Below are positions 46,646 to 55,397 of a stretch of 55,397 bases of DNA, piece after piece (position 1 is the stretch's first letter; every line of letters begins with the position of its first letter). The notes beneath the pieces are model-generated. The model did no database searches. It was not told where the DNA came from and worked only from the letters and a program-made list of their open reading frames with translations. Origin of the DNA: an uncultured Endomicrobiia bacterium (lineage in GTDB: Bacteria; Elusimicrobiota; Endomicrobiia; DTEH01); NCBI GenBank assembly GCA_938074745.1, contig CALJEJ010000025.1:1-55397 (forward strand), written 5' to 3'. The translations under genes were made by a program, and so were the position numbers.

Positions 46646-47977
46646 CTAACCAGAAAAATTGACTCTGTATTTAAGTCTTACTGGACGACAAATACCACGT
46701 TTTGATGTTTTTATAAATTCTAACATATACTTTACTTCGTCAGAAAGATTTTTTTCTTGTTCAAGTCGAGCTACTGCTTCTGATAAAGGTAATTTTGACC
46801 TGAAAAGTTTTTTATAAGCTAACTTAATTTCTTTAATTTTCTCCCTACTAAATCCTTTACGTCGTAACCCTATAACATTTACTCCACGAAGTTCTGCACG
46901 GTCTCCTACAACCATCAAAAATGGAGGGACATCTTTTGATACCATTGCACCACCACCAAGCATCGCTAATTCACCTATTCTTACATACTGGTGAACAGCT
47001 ACAAGACCGCCTATCGTAACATTATCCTCAACAACAGTATGTCCAGCAAGTGTCCCACCGTTGGTTATAACAACGTTGTTCCCTACACGACAGTCATGTG
47101 CAATATGCGAATATGCCATTATATAACAGTTGTCTCCTATTAAAGTAAGTTTTGTAGTTGTACCTCTGTGAATAGTGACAAACTCACGAATTACACAATT
47201 TTCGCCAATTATTGCTTGTGTCTGTTCTCCTTTATATTTTATATCCTGAGGCAAAGTTCCAATGCATACACTATCAAACACTTTTGTATTTTTCTTAATT
47301 ATAGCATGTTCTATGTGACAATGAGCACCTATCTGAACATTTTCTTCTAACACAACATTTTCACCAATGACAGTATACGGTCCTATTTTTGCAGTAGGAT
47401 GAATTTTTGAAGTTGGATGAATAATAGCAAACGGATGGATATTAACTTGAGTTTGAACTGCAACGTTAACTTCTGGTTGTTGTGAAGTTTTTCGTGCATC
47501 TTTGTTATCAACTAATATGAACATAAACTCTGATTCAGCAACAACATCTGTGTTTACATATGCAACTCCACGAACTTTCCCTACACGTTCTTTCGCTTTT
47601 ACTACTTCAACTCTTAACTCTAAAAGGTTGCCTGGAAGGACGGGTTTTCTAAACTTCGTTTTGTCTATAGACATAAAATATGCAAATTTACCTCTTAAAT
47701 CTGGTCTAAATAAATACAAAACACAAGCAGTTTGTGCCATTGCTTCAACTACTAACACACCCGGCATTATCGGATTGTTAGGAAAATGGCCTTTGAAAAA
47801 ATCTTCTTCACCTGTAAGATATTTATAACCCACAGCGGATTTTTCTTCTTCAGTAATTTCTACTTTATCAATCAAAAGGAATGGTTCTCTATGTGGGATA
47901 ACTTTTTTTATTTCTTCTTTCTCAAGAGTAAGTTTAGGCGTTTTTGGTGGAACTGGTTCTAAATTATTTATTAACAT
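46646..47977 (-). CDS. fabZ-lpxA: Fusion of 3-hydroxyacyl-ACP dehydratase FabZ and UDP-GlcNAc O-acyltransferase LpxA
   Basis: N-terminal IPHREPFLLIDKV and FKGHFPNNPIMPGVLVVEAMAQ; C-terminal hexapeptide repeats, PQDIKY, IREFVTIHRGT, HIAHDC, LAGH, VHQY; one uninterrupted frame. Confidence 0.93.
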   Translation of the reverse strand: MLINNLEPVPPKTPKLTLEKEEIKKVIPHREPFLLIDKVEITEEEKSAVGYKYLTGEEDFFKGHFPNNPIMPGVLVVEAMAQTACVLYLFRPDLRGKFAYFMSIDKTKFRKPVLPGNLLELRVEVVKAKERVGKVRGVAYVNTDVVAESEFMFILVDNKDARKTSQQPEVNVAVQTQVNIHPFAIIHPTSKIHPTAKIGPYTVIGENVVLEENVQIGAHCHIEHAIIKKNTKVFDSVCIGTLPQDIKYKGEQTQAIIGENCVIREFVTIHRGTTTKLTLIGDNCYIMAYSHIAHDCRVGNNVVITNGGTLAGHTVVEDNVTIGGLVAVHQYVRIGELAMLGGGAMVSKDVPPFLMVVGDRAELRGVNVIGLRRKGFSREKIKEIKLAYKKLFRSKLPLSEAVARLEQEKNLSDEVKYMLEFIKTSKRGICRPVRLKYRVNFSG

Positions 47978-48103
47978 ATTTAAACCCTCCTGAAAATAAA
48001 GTATTATTAATTTTCTATGAAATTTAATCTTTAGTTTGCAATAAAATTAAAAATTTTTTATTTATAAAAAAGTTATCTACTCAAAATATTGGTAGGATAT
48101 AAA

Positions 48104-48811
48104 TTAAACAAGACGGTTTTCAAAAAGAATTTTCTGGTCGGAAAAAATTTCGGAAGGCAAAGCATCTTTTATTATTCTACCTTGATTGAGCAAAATTACT
48201 CTTGTAGAAATTTCTTTTATAAACTCAAGGTCGTGCCCTGCAACAATTTTTGTATGATTAAAATTTTTTAATAATTCAATAAATTCTCTTCTAGTAGCAG
48301 GGTCAAGGTTCCCTGTGGGTTCATCAAGGAGTAAAATCTCTGGTTCCATTGCAAGAATAGTTGCTAATGCAACCCTTTTTTTCTCTCCGTAACTTAAATG
48401 GTGAGGAGACCTTTCTTCAAAACCAGCCATTTTTACCTGTTCAAGCGCATTTTTAACTTTTTGAATTACAATATCTTTAGAAAATCCTAAATTAAGTGGA
48501 CCAAAAGAAACATCGTCAAAAACAGTTGGCATAAACAACTGGTCTTCAGGGTCTTGAAATAATAAACCAACTTTACTCCTTATAGTTCTTAAATTTCCGT
48601 TGTTAAGTTCTTTTCCAAAAATTTTTATTTTACCATTTTTACTTTTTAGAATTCCGTTTAAATGTAAAAGCAATGTTGTTTTACCTGCACCATTGGGACC
48701 AATAATCCCTACTGATTCACCTTCAAAAATATCTAAACTTATATCTTGAAGAGCTAACTTTCCGTCAGGATAAGTATAACTTAAATTTTTTATCTCAATT
48801 ACTTTTTTCAT
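48104..48811 (-). CDS. cbiO: ECF Ni/Co transporter ATPase (NikO/CbiO)
   Basis: GPNGAGKTT, FQDPEDQLF, LSYGEKKR, LDEPT. Confidence 0.9.
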   Translation of the reverse strand: MKKVIEIKNLSYTYPDGKLALQDISLDIFEGESVGIIGPNGAGKTTLLLHLNGILKSKNGKIKIFGKELNNGNLRTIRSKVGLLFQDPEDQLFMPTVFDDVSFGPLNLGFSKDIVIQKVKNALEQVKMAGFEERSPHHLSYGEKKRVALATILAMEPEILLLDEPTGNLDPATRREFIELLKNFNHTKIVAGHDLEFIKEISTRVILLNQGRIIKDALPSEIFSDQKILFENRLV

Positions 48812-49548
48812 ACAAGAATTTTTATTACTAAAATAATAAGTGAGAATACAATACAAAAACTAAAATCTAAACTTGTCAACTTTAAATTATTCAATATCCT
48901 TATATTTCCGTCAAACCCTCGTGAAACCATATTTTGATAAACTCTTTCTGCACGGTTGTATGTTTTTATAAAAAGTAATCCAATTATGTTTGCATACACT
49001 TTTAACTGTAAAAAAAATTTTCCACCAAAATATCTTGAATCCCTTGCTCGTTGTAACCTTTGTACTTCGTCAATTAAAACAAAAATATATCGGTACATAA
49101 AGGATACACACATTATAAGAAATTTTGGCAATTTTAGTTTTTCAAAACCTTTTAACAAAACAGAAAATCTTGTAGTAGAAGTTAAAACTGTTATAGCAAT
49201 CACAGAAAGCCAAGATTTAATTAAAACATTCCATACTATAAAAAACCTACCATATCTGTATATCTCCACAGGATTATCAAATTTATAAAAAGGAACAAAT
49301 ATAACAACAAGAAAAACAAAAGGAAAAATTACAAAAGAACGTCTAAGAACATATCCGAAAGGAAGGCGACTTAAAAAAATCAGTATAAAAATTAATACTG
49401 AATACCCAAAAAACTCTGAAAATTTATTTGGCGAAGTTAAAACCACGAACACTACATAAATAAAAATTGAAAGAATTTTAGTCCTCGGGTCTAAACGATG
49501 AATTATACTATCTAAATTACTGTACTTATCTATGAACGAGTGTTCCAT
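48808..49548 (-). CDS. cbiQ: ECF Ni/Co transporter T component (NikQ/CbiQ)
   Basis: HRLDPRTK, MYRYIFVL, ARDSR, RAERVY..M.SRGF. Confidence 0.92.
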   Translation of the reverse strand: MEHSFIDKYSNLDSIIHRLDPRTKILSIFIYVVFVVLTSPNKFSEFFGYSVLIFILIFLSRLPFGYVLRRSFVIFPFVFLVVIFVPFYKFDNPVEIYRYGRFFIVWNVLIKSWLSVIAITVLTSTTRFSVLLKGFEKLKLPKFLIMCVSFMYRYIFVLIDEVQRLQRARDSRYFGGKFFLQLKVYANIIGLLFIKTYNRAERVYQNMVSRGFDGNIRILNNLKLTSLDFSFCIVFSLIILVIKILV

Positions 49549-49823
49549 TTTTTAAGAACAACTGCACCAAAATAAGATATTAAGAAAACAAGAACTGTAC
49601 CAATCAGTCCTGCAAAAGAAGTTGAAATTGATTCATTCTTTATAAAACTTACTGTATAGTCAGGCAATGGTGCTTGAAAAACTTCTTTACCTTCTGCTTT
49701 TTCTATAAAACCTTTATCTTCTGCAACTTTTTCAAGACCATCAGGTAATTGTGAAGCAAAAGGTGAAAGAAAAACAGCAATTGATAAAGAAATTAAAAAC
49801 ATAATTATTGTTATTTTTTTCAT
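49530..49823 (-). CDS. PDGLE-domain protein (NikN-like)
   Basis: SPFASQLPDGLEKVA, APLPDY, two TM segments. Confidence 0.9.
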   Translation of the reverse strand: MKKITIIMFLISLSIAVFLSPFASQLPDGLEKVAEDKGFIEKAEGKEVFQAPLPDYTVSFIKNESISTSFAGLIGTVLVFLISYFGAVVLKKWNTRS

Positions 49824-49837
49824 TTTATCCTCCAGGT

Positions 49838-50470
49838 TTATATTTTTTCAATATCAATTAAATCAGGTCTTATCTTACTTATAAAACCTAAAACCAAACA
49901 GGTAATTATACCTTCGCCAATTCCTATCAAAGAATGAATTCCTGCCATTGCAGGTAAAGCTACTTTTAGTGGTACTGTTGCTGATATTGCAAGTTCAACA
50001 GCACAGAAACTTGCTGAAAGAACAATTGATAACCAACTTACTATAAATACACCAATAATAAAAATTTTTGAACCAGCAAGTTTTTTTATCATACTATAAA
50101 GATAATAAGAGAAGAAAGAACCAATTATCCCCATATTAAAAATATTTGCACCGAGAGCAGTCAACCCACCGTCCTGAAAAATAAGACATTGAACAATTAA
50201 TACAGTTGACATCACAAGAAGACCAGCAAAAGGACCAAGTAGAATAGAAGCAAGTGCTCCACCCATAAAATGTCCTGAAGTTCCAGCTGCAACCGGGAAA
50301 TTAAGCATCTGTGCTGCGAAAATAAACGCAGACATAACTCCAATTAAAGGAACATGTTTTTCGCCAATTTTTTTGCCAACTTTTTTAACAGCATAAGCCA
50401 GTGCTACACCTGAAACTATACTTAAACTTAACCATGTTTTTGTATCTAAGAAACCGTCCGGTATATGCAT
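49838..50470 (-). CDS. cbiM: ECF S component NikM/CbiM
   Basis: Start MHIPDGFL, FAAQMLNFP, GTSGH, DGGLTALGAN. MHIPDG together with a PDGLE partner favours the Nik subtype. Confidence 0.92.
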   Translation of the reverse strand: MHIPDGFLDTKTWLSLSIVSGVALAYAVKKVGKKIGEKHVPLIGVMSAFIFAAQMLNFPVAAGTSGHFMGGALASILLGPFAGLLVMSTVLIVQCLIFQDGGLTALGANIFNMGIIGSFFSYYLYSMIKKLAGSKIFIIGVFIVSWLSIVLSASFCAVELAISATVPLKVALPAMAGIHSLIGIGEGIITCLVLGFISKIRPDLIDIEKI

Positions 50471-50495
50471 TTTATTCCCCCTTGGAAAAATTATT

Positions 50496-51012
50496 ATACC
50501 ACGAAGGCACAAAGTAAAAACAAAAGTTTCACAAAGAAAAAATGATTGAAACTAAAAAATTTATATATTTCTTTTGTGAACCTTTAGTTTTTCTCTGTGA
50601 CACTTATAAAACAACTCTTTTTATTCCTTTCTTCAATACCTCAGTATTAAAATTAAGTATCAATCCTAACCTTAGCCCAGTTAATCTTAAATAAGTTAAT
50701 ACCTGTGCCTGATGAACAGGCAAAATTGCTTCTACACATTTTATCTCTACTATTACTAACTCTTCTACAATTAGGTCAATTCTATATCTCTCCGATAACT
50801 TTATATTTTTATAAATTATTGGCAGTTCTTTTTGCCTGGTATATTTGATTCCATTTAACTCAAATTCTTTACATAGACATTCTTCATAGATAGATTCTAA
50901 TAGTCCAGGGCCTAATTGTTTATGTACCTCTATAGCACATTTTATTATCTTCTGTGATATTTTATTTTCTAATTCTAATGTATTACTTTGTGTCACTGTG
51001 CCTCTGTGGTAT
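50496..51012. mobile_element. Putative inverted-repeat-bounded GxxExxY cassette
   Basis: ATACCACGAAGGCACA (50496-50511) versus the rc of 50997-51012, ATACCACAGAGGCACA (14/16), plus internal CACAAAG/CACAGAG subrepeats. Confidence 0.45.
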
Positions 51013-51023
51013 GCATTTTTCAT
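50604..51023 (-). CDS. GxxExxY protein (PD-(D/E)XK nuclease-like)
   Basis: VHKQLGPGLLESIYEECL, RIDLIVE..VIVEIK, AQVLTYL, GLILNF. Confidence 0.93.
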   Translation of the reverse strand: MKNAYHRGTVTQSNTLELENKISQKIIKCAIEVHKQLGPGLLESIYEECLCKEFELNGIKYTRQKELPIIYKNIKLSERYRIDLIVEELVIVEIKCVEAILPVHQAQVLTYLRLTGLRLGLILNFNTEVLKKGIKRVVL

Positions 51024-51042
51024 AGAACTTTTGACATTTCTC

Positions 51043-51693
51043 TTATTTAAATTCATAATGAAATCCGGAAGTGATTTTTTCTCTTTTTTCATTAAAACCA
51101 TTTCCATAGGCAAAACTAAAAGCAACTCCGTCAATAAAATTATATCTGAAACCTAACAAATAATCTTGAAAACCATCTTTGTCACCAAGAATTTCGCCAA
51201 CAATGTCAAATTTTTTAATAGACCACTCAAAAGCAGAACTATAAGTTATACTACCTTCAACATCTTGTTGGCCTGTTGACTGATAACCAAGATTAAGATG
51301 TAAAATAACTGGTGAAATTTCGTAAGAAAAGATACTATTAAGAAAATACTCCGACGAACCAAGTGGATTAGTTATTGAAAAAGTAAGTAAATCTTTAACT
51401 ACTGAGAATTTCAACCCGATTGACGCTTGGCCAAAAGATTCTTTTGGTTCAAACAAATAGGGAAAAGAAACTCCTATATCCATTTTTTCTGTCAACCCGT
51501 GCTTAAAAGATAAGCCAAATGATTGTTCTTGTGAATCAGTCACTTTAGAGTAGTCATAAGAGAGTTCCAATTCATAACCCGACTGGTCCACTGTTTTTGC
51601 ATCATCTGTTGTTAGAGGATGTGCACTGAATAAAAAAGAACAAATGCAAACAAAAAAACAACAAGAAACAAAATATCTAAAAAACTTTTTCAT
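51043..51693 (-). CDS. Putative small outer-membrane beta-barrel transporter
   Basis: Signal peptide followed by HPLTTDDA, alternating beta-strand pattern, aromatic-rich C-terminus GFHYEFK. Confidence 0.7.
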   Translation of the reverse strand: MKKFFRYFVSCCFFVCICSFLFSAHPLTTDDAKTVDQSGYELELSYDYSKVTDSQEQSFGLSFKHGLTEKMDIGVSFPYLFEPKESFGQASIGLKFSVVKDLLTFSITNPLGSSEYFLNSIFSYEISPVILHLNLGYQSTGQQDVEGSITYSSAFEWSIKKFDIVGEILGDKDGFQDYLLGFRYNFIDGVAFSFAYGNGFNEKREKITSGFHYEFK

Positions 51694-51953
51694 TTTGCTC
51701 CTCCTTTTTTTAGTATTGTTAACTTTTCAATACTGCTTCGGTAGAGAAAAAACAAAATATCTCACCTCCTTTCCTCTATTAAGGTTTAGCATTTTTAAAC
51801 AGAACATAAAATTTAACACTTACTCAGTGTTAATTAATTTTGTTTAAAAGTTTATATGACAAACCATGCTCAAGCGAAGCAAATGATTCCAGCCAAATAG
51901 AGCGAATTTTGGAAAAGTGAGTGTCTCAGCATTATGACTCAGTTGCAAGTTAG

Positions 51954-54900
51954 TCATTCAATTTCACCTTCCATGTTTAATATTATACCTTGTAACTGTT
52001 TCAACTTTTCTTTTTCCACTTTCCAATATCCCCTCCTTTCAGATTCTATTAAAAGTTCGCAAATCTTCACAGTAGCATATGGGTTGTTTTGCTGAAGTTT
52101 TTTTCTCATCTCATCGTTAAATATTAATCTATCGGCAACTTCATCAAATATCCAATTTTCAACCTTACCAGTTGTAGCAGCAAAACCAAGAAGATATTCC
52201 ACCCTATCCTTTATTTTCTTTGCACCATGGAAATCATGTTTTAACATTCCATCTATCCATTTGGGGTTAAAAATTCTTGTTCTACTTGCTCTTTCAATAG
52301 ATATTTTCAAATCCTCCACTACTACGTCCTCTTCTGTTGAGTCTATCACCAAAATGTCTGCCTTTTTACCTCTCTTCTGCTGAACTGTTCTTGACAACCC
52401 ACCTAAAAATTCATAGTAATGGTCGAGATCGGTGACCTCGTACTCTGTGTTATCTCTTTCCTGGGTTACAATATCAACAAGTTTAAGCACATGGGAGAAT
52501 GCACGCTCATTTCTTTCTATTCTTCCTCTGAAATAAGCATAACTCATGCTATCATCGTAACTTTTAACCAAGTCTTCCTCATCCCTCCAGGCACCACTTT
52601 CAACCAATGTTCTCAATGATGTGGCATATTCTGTAGGAGAGGGACCAAAGATTCTTGCAAGTGCAAAATCTTTTAGTTCATCTTTAGATTGTAGGAAATG
52701 CTTTCTTATATAATTTTTTTCAGGCGGTTCCTCAAGACATGCAACCATTTCTATTCCCCTGTTTATCAAATCTATATGTGTTCTGAATGTGTCTCTAAAT
52801 ATCCCACAAATAGTTATTATAACATCTATCCTTGGTCTATTCAATTCTTCTAACGGTATAACCTCAAGCTCTTTAAACCATGGTGACTTTTTGTGTTTTA
52901 TTCTTATTCCAAGTAGAGAAAGTATGGTGGAAATTGTATCTCCTCCTGTTTTCATAGTCTCAAATCCCCAGAGGACAATTCCTACACTCTCGGGATATTT
53001 TTTATAACTTTTCAAGTAGGAATCAACTAAGAGTTCAGCAGCTTTTTTGCCTCTTAATTCAGCTGAAATGGTTGGAATGAGTCTTGGGTCAAAAGCATAC
53101 ATTGCTCTTCCAGATGGATATACTTCAGGATCACGGATAGGGTCACCTCCGCGGGCGGGAAGAATATATTTTCCTTCCAATGCACACAAAAGTGCCTCGC
53201 TTTCCAATCTTTTATTAGCGTTTTCCACAATATTTCTTACAAAGCCATCATATCCTTTGGGTAGCCATTCAGGTGATTTACCATGAATTATTTCCCCGAT
53301 TACTTTCCTTGCTTTAGTTTCTATTTCATCTGCCAGTTTAGATTCTTTTATTTTATCCCAATCAAGTCCATTTTGTTTTGCCAACAATTTCAAAATGGAT
53401 GGAAATTCTCTGTCAATTCGTAAGACACCAAACAGATAATCAATCATCTCTTCTTCTGTCAATTTTCTATCCATTATATGTAATCCATAAGGGATAAGTC
53501 TCCGCTTCATTTTGTATAACTCTTTTCTTAACTCAGAAGTGTCCAAAGGCGAATGTAATTCAATAGCGGTTTCTTTAATCGCTTCTAGGGTAGTTTCATC
53601 CTTGTTTTCATCATATTGGTTGAGTAAATCCTCTAAAATAATGTATTTTTCATAAAGACCAGAAACTTTCATTGGTGGAGATGCATGTGATATACAAATT
53701 GCATAAGAGCGTCTCTTAGCAATCGTTGACTCTGAAGTGTTTCCAATCCAGTAATAATATATGTGAGGCATATTTCCGATAAGTATATCCGGGAAGCATT
53801 CTGATGAAAGTGCAATCTCTTTCCCTTTTGTAAATTCAAGGGTTCCGTGCATTCCAAAGTGTATCACTGCATTTGCACAAAACTCTCTCTCTAAGAAGAA
53901 GTAATATGCGAGATACTGGTGATGTGGAGGTAGGTTTTTATCGTGATAAGCTTTGTCAGGGTCTTCATGATGTACACCTCTTGAGGGTTGAATACCCAAG
54001 AATACATTACCTAAAATAATACCAGGAATTAAAATATTACCGACATCATCAACCATCACATTGCCGGGCGGTTCTCCCCAATGTCTTATCACATCTTTTT
54101 GGACAGATTCCGGAAGTGATTTAAACCATGTTGCGTATCTATCTGCAGATATCCTCAATCCTGATTTCTGTATATAGTTTGGACTATTAACTACTCCTGA
54201 GGAAAGAAAAAGTTCTTTTAAAGTTGTATTTGGAATTTCTACCTTATACCCTCTCTCCTTGAGTTTTTCCAAAAATACATTCAAACTTCCAAAAACATCA
54301 AGGTAACCAGCACTTGCTAAATTGTCCTCCCCGGGTGGGTAATTGTAGGTAAGGATGGCGATACGTTTTTCATTATTTGGGGTATTTCTTAAAGCGAGCC
54401 AATTTTTAATCCTTTTGCTTAACTTTTTTACCCTATCTTCTAATACTTTCGGTCTTTTTACTTTACCAAGGATAGGATCGTCAAAACTTTCCAAACCCGA
54501 TATGAAAACAGGTTCTATACCTCCGTCAAGTTCTGGAAGAGTCACACCTATTACAATCTCCAATGGATCTAATCCCTCTTCACTATTTTTCCATTTTTCT
54601 ATATCAGTTGAGTACGATCTAAGCCCTATGAAAAGTGGCACATCTGCTCTTTGTAGAAATTGGTAAGTTGGTTCTGGTTCACCACCATAAGGTCCTCCAT
54701 GAATTCTGAAATATTGCCAATTCAGAAATAGGTCAATCTTCAAATTCTTTAGGTATTTGTTAATTGCTTCAAGGTTATACTCCACTTTAGATGTAATGAA
54801 AATCAAATTAACATCATTTCTCAACTCTTCATAAAGTGCATCTGCTATTACTTTACATTCCCCAAAATGCATCCCACCATACAGTAAAACAGCAACTACT

Positions 54901-55397
54901 TGCTTTTTAGGATTATACGGAAGCATTTTTTTGTATTCTTCAATGTTATCAATGAAGCCTTTTGTTGGTAAATAAAGACTATAATTAAAAATCTTCGGTG
55001 GCGGAATTTTTTTAATTTCTCCAACTCCACTATATTCTTTAAGCAAAAGTAGGAAAAGGTTTTTTAAATTCTCTGCTCCTCCTTCAGTGAAATACTGCTG
55101 TGCTAAAACCCAGTTCCGCATATCTTTGAGTGCTCCAAAAGGTATGATTTTCCCCAGTTTTTTCACAAGTTCAGAAAATTTTTTTGCTTTGATATAAGTA
55201 TGAATATTGAATTCTTTTTCTTTGCCTTTAAAAATCATTTCTCCATTAAATTTGCCCATTTTTATGAATCTCCAGATGTGTTGTCCACCTGCAACTAAAA
55301 CGACTACAGTTTTTTCTTTTCCTTCAAGCAGACGAGGTAGCTCTCGTCCTACTCTACAATCTCCCCTTATATCCACAAGTATAATATCCGATGAGTC
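51954..55397 (-). CDS. CobN / Mg-chelatase H-type metal chelatase subunit (5' end outside the window)
   Basis: PELDGGIEP, YNYPPG, LGIQPSRG, PHHQYLAYY, HFGMHGTLEF, AKRRSYA, PSGR, SRTRIFNPKWIDGM. The frame stays open to the window edge. Confidence 0.92.
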   Translation of the reverse strand, partial: DSSDIILVDIRGDCRVGRELPRLLEGKEKTVVVLVAGGQHIWRFIKMGKFNGEMIFKGKEKEFNIHTYIKAKKFSELVKKLGKIIPFGALKDMRNWVLAQQYFTEGGAENLKNLFLLLLKEYSGVGEIKKIPPPKIFNYSLYLPTKGFIDNIEEYKKMLPYNPKKQVVAVLLYGGMHFGECKVIADALYEELRNDVNLIFITSKVEYNLEAINKYLKNLKIDLFLNWQYFRIHGGPYGGEPEPTYQFLQRADVPLFIGLRSYSTDIEKWKNSEEGLDPLEIVIGVTLPELDGGIEPVFISGLESFDDPILGKVKRPKVLEDRVKKLSKRIKNWLALRNTPNNEKRIAILTYNYPPGEDNLASAGYLDVFGSLNVFLEKLKERGYKVEIPNTTLKELFLSSGVVNSPNYIQKSGLRISADRYATWFKSLPESVQKDVIRHWGEPPGNVMVDDVGNILIPGIILGNVFLGIQPSRGVHHEDPDKAYHDKNLPPHHQYLAYYFFLEREFCANAVIHFGMHGTLEFTKGKEIALSSECFPDILIGNMPHIYYYWIGNTSESTIAKRRSYAICISHASPPMKVSGLYEKYIILEDLLNQYDENKDETTLEAIKETAIELHSPLDTSELRKELYKMKRRLIPYGLHIMDRKLTEEEMIDYLFGVLRIDREFPSILKLLAKQNGLDWDKIKESKLADEIETKARKVIGEIIHGKSPEWLPKGYDGFVRNIVENANKRLESEALLCALEGKYILPARGGDPIRDPEVYPSGRAMYAFDPRLIPTISAELRGKKAAELLVDSYLKSYKKYPESVGIVLWGFETMKTGGDTISTILSLLGIRIKHKKSPWFKELEVIPLEELNRPRIDVIITICGIFRDTFRTHIDLINRGIEMVACLEEPPEKNYIRKHFLQSKDELKDFALARIFGPSPTEYATSLRTLVESGAWRDEEDLVKSYDDSMSYAYFRGRIERNERAFSHVLKLVDIVTQERDNTEYEVTDLDHYYEFLGGLSRTVQQKRGKKADILVIDSTEEDVVVEDLKISIERASRTRIFNPKWIDGMLKHDFHGAKKIKDRVEYLLGFAATTGKVENWIFDEVADRLIFNDEMRKKLQQNNPYATVKICELLIESERRGYWKVEKEKLKQLQGIILNMEGEIE

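Noticed and set aside
51855-51955. Integron attC site after the chelatase (GACTAAC...GTTTGTC)
   Set aside because: The R boxes are imperfect, L-box pairing is poor, no integrase is present, and the gene is very large for a cassette.
124-54666. All plus-strand ORFs in the track, and the nested minus-strand ORFs at 17752, 40461 and 53669
   Set aside because: They are antisense or alternate-frame shadows of well-supported genes, or they run through repeats; none has a recognisable motif.
51954-55397. Evidence for (bacterio)chlorophyll synthesis
   Set aside because: No other bch/chl genes are in the window, and CobN/BchH-like paralogs occur in non-phototrophs.

Overview
AT-rich bacterial chromosomal segment from a diderm anaerobe. 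The Tol-Pal system, lpxA and the TonB receptor indicate an outer membrane. The PorV/FlgD-type proteins and the gene mix suggest Elusimicrobiota or a similar lineage (inference only). Every credible gene lies on the minus strand. In transcription order (right to left): a 5'-truncated CobN/BchH-type chelatase; a small outer-membrane barrel, a GxxExxY gene and a Nik/Cbi MNQO ECF transporter; an unusual FabZ-LpxA fusion, ruvAB, an ECF sigma, lgt, rluD, PfpI, PiT, and FlgD-Ig, PorV-OmpA and PASTA envelope proteins; tRNA-Arg(UCG), a class II aldolase and an orphan mdcA; pal-cpoB-tolA-tolB, degP, a REC-degenerate GGDEF protein, tRNA(CAU) and two glycosyltransferases; a long energy/translation cluster (ferredoxin-porCDAB-rnfCDGEA-repeat protein-rnfB-rpsB-tsf-pyrH-orf-acsC-acsV); and a cobalamin-riboswitch-controlled salvage operon (btuFCD-cobO-cobU-Dph6-like-cobT-cobS) followed by a BtuB-like receptor. 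Most notable observations: the FabZ-LpxA fusion; an unannotated 55-aa Mor-like HTH gene with an adjacent palindrome in front of btuB; a B12 riboswitch whose regulated RBS serves a 14-codon mini-ORF; an inverted-repeat-bounded GxxExxY cassette; REP/heptamer mosaics; and a Pal whose peptidoglycan-binding Asp/Arg are replaced by Cys. All calls come from motif recognition by eye; no database searches were run.
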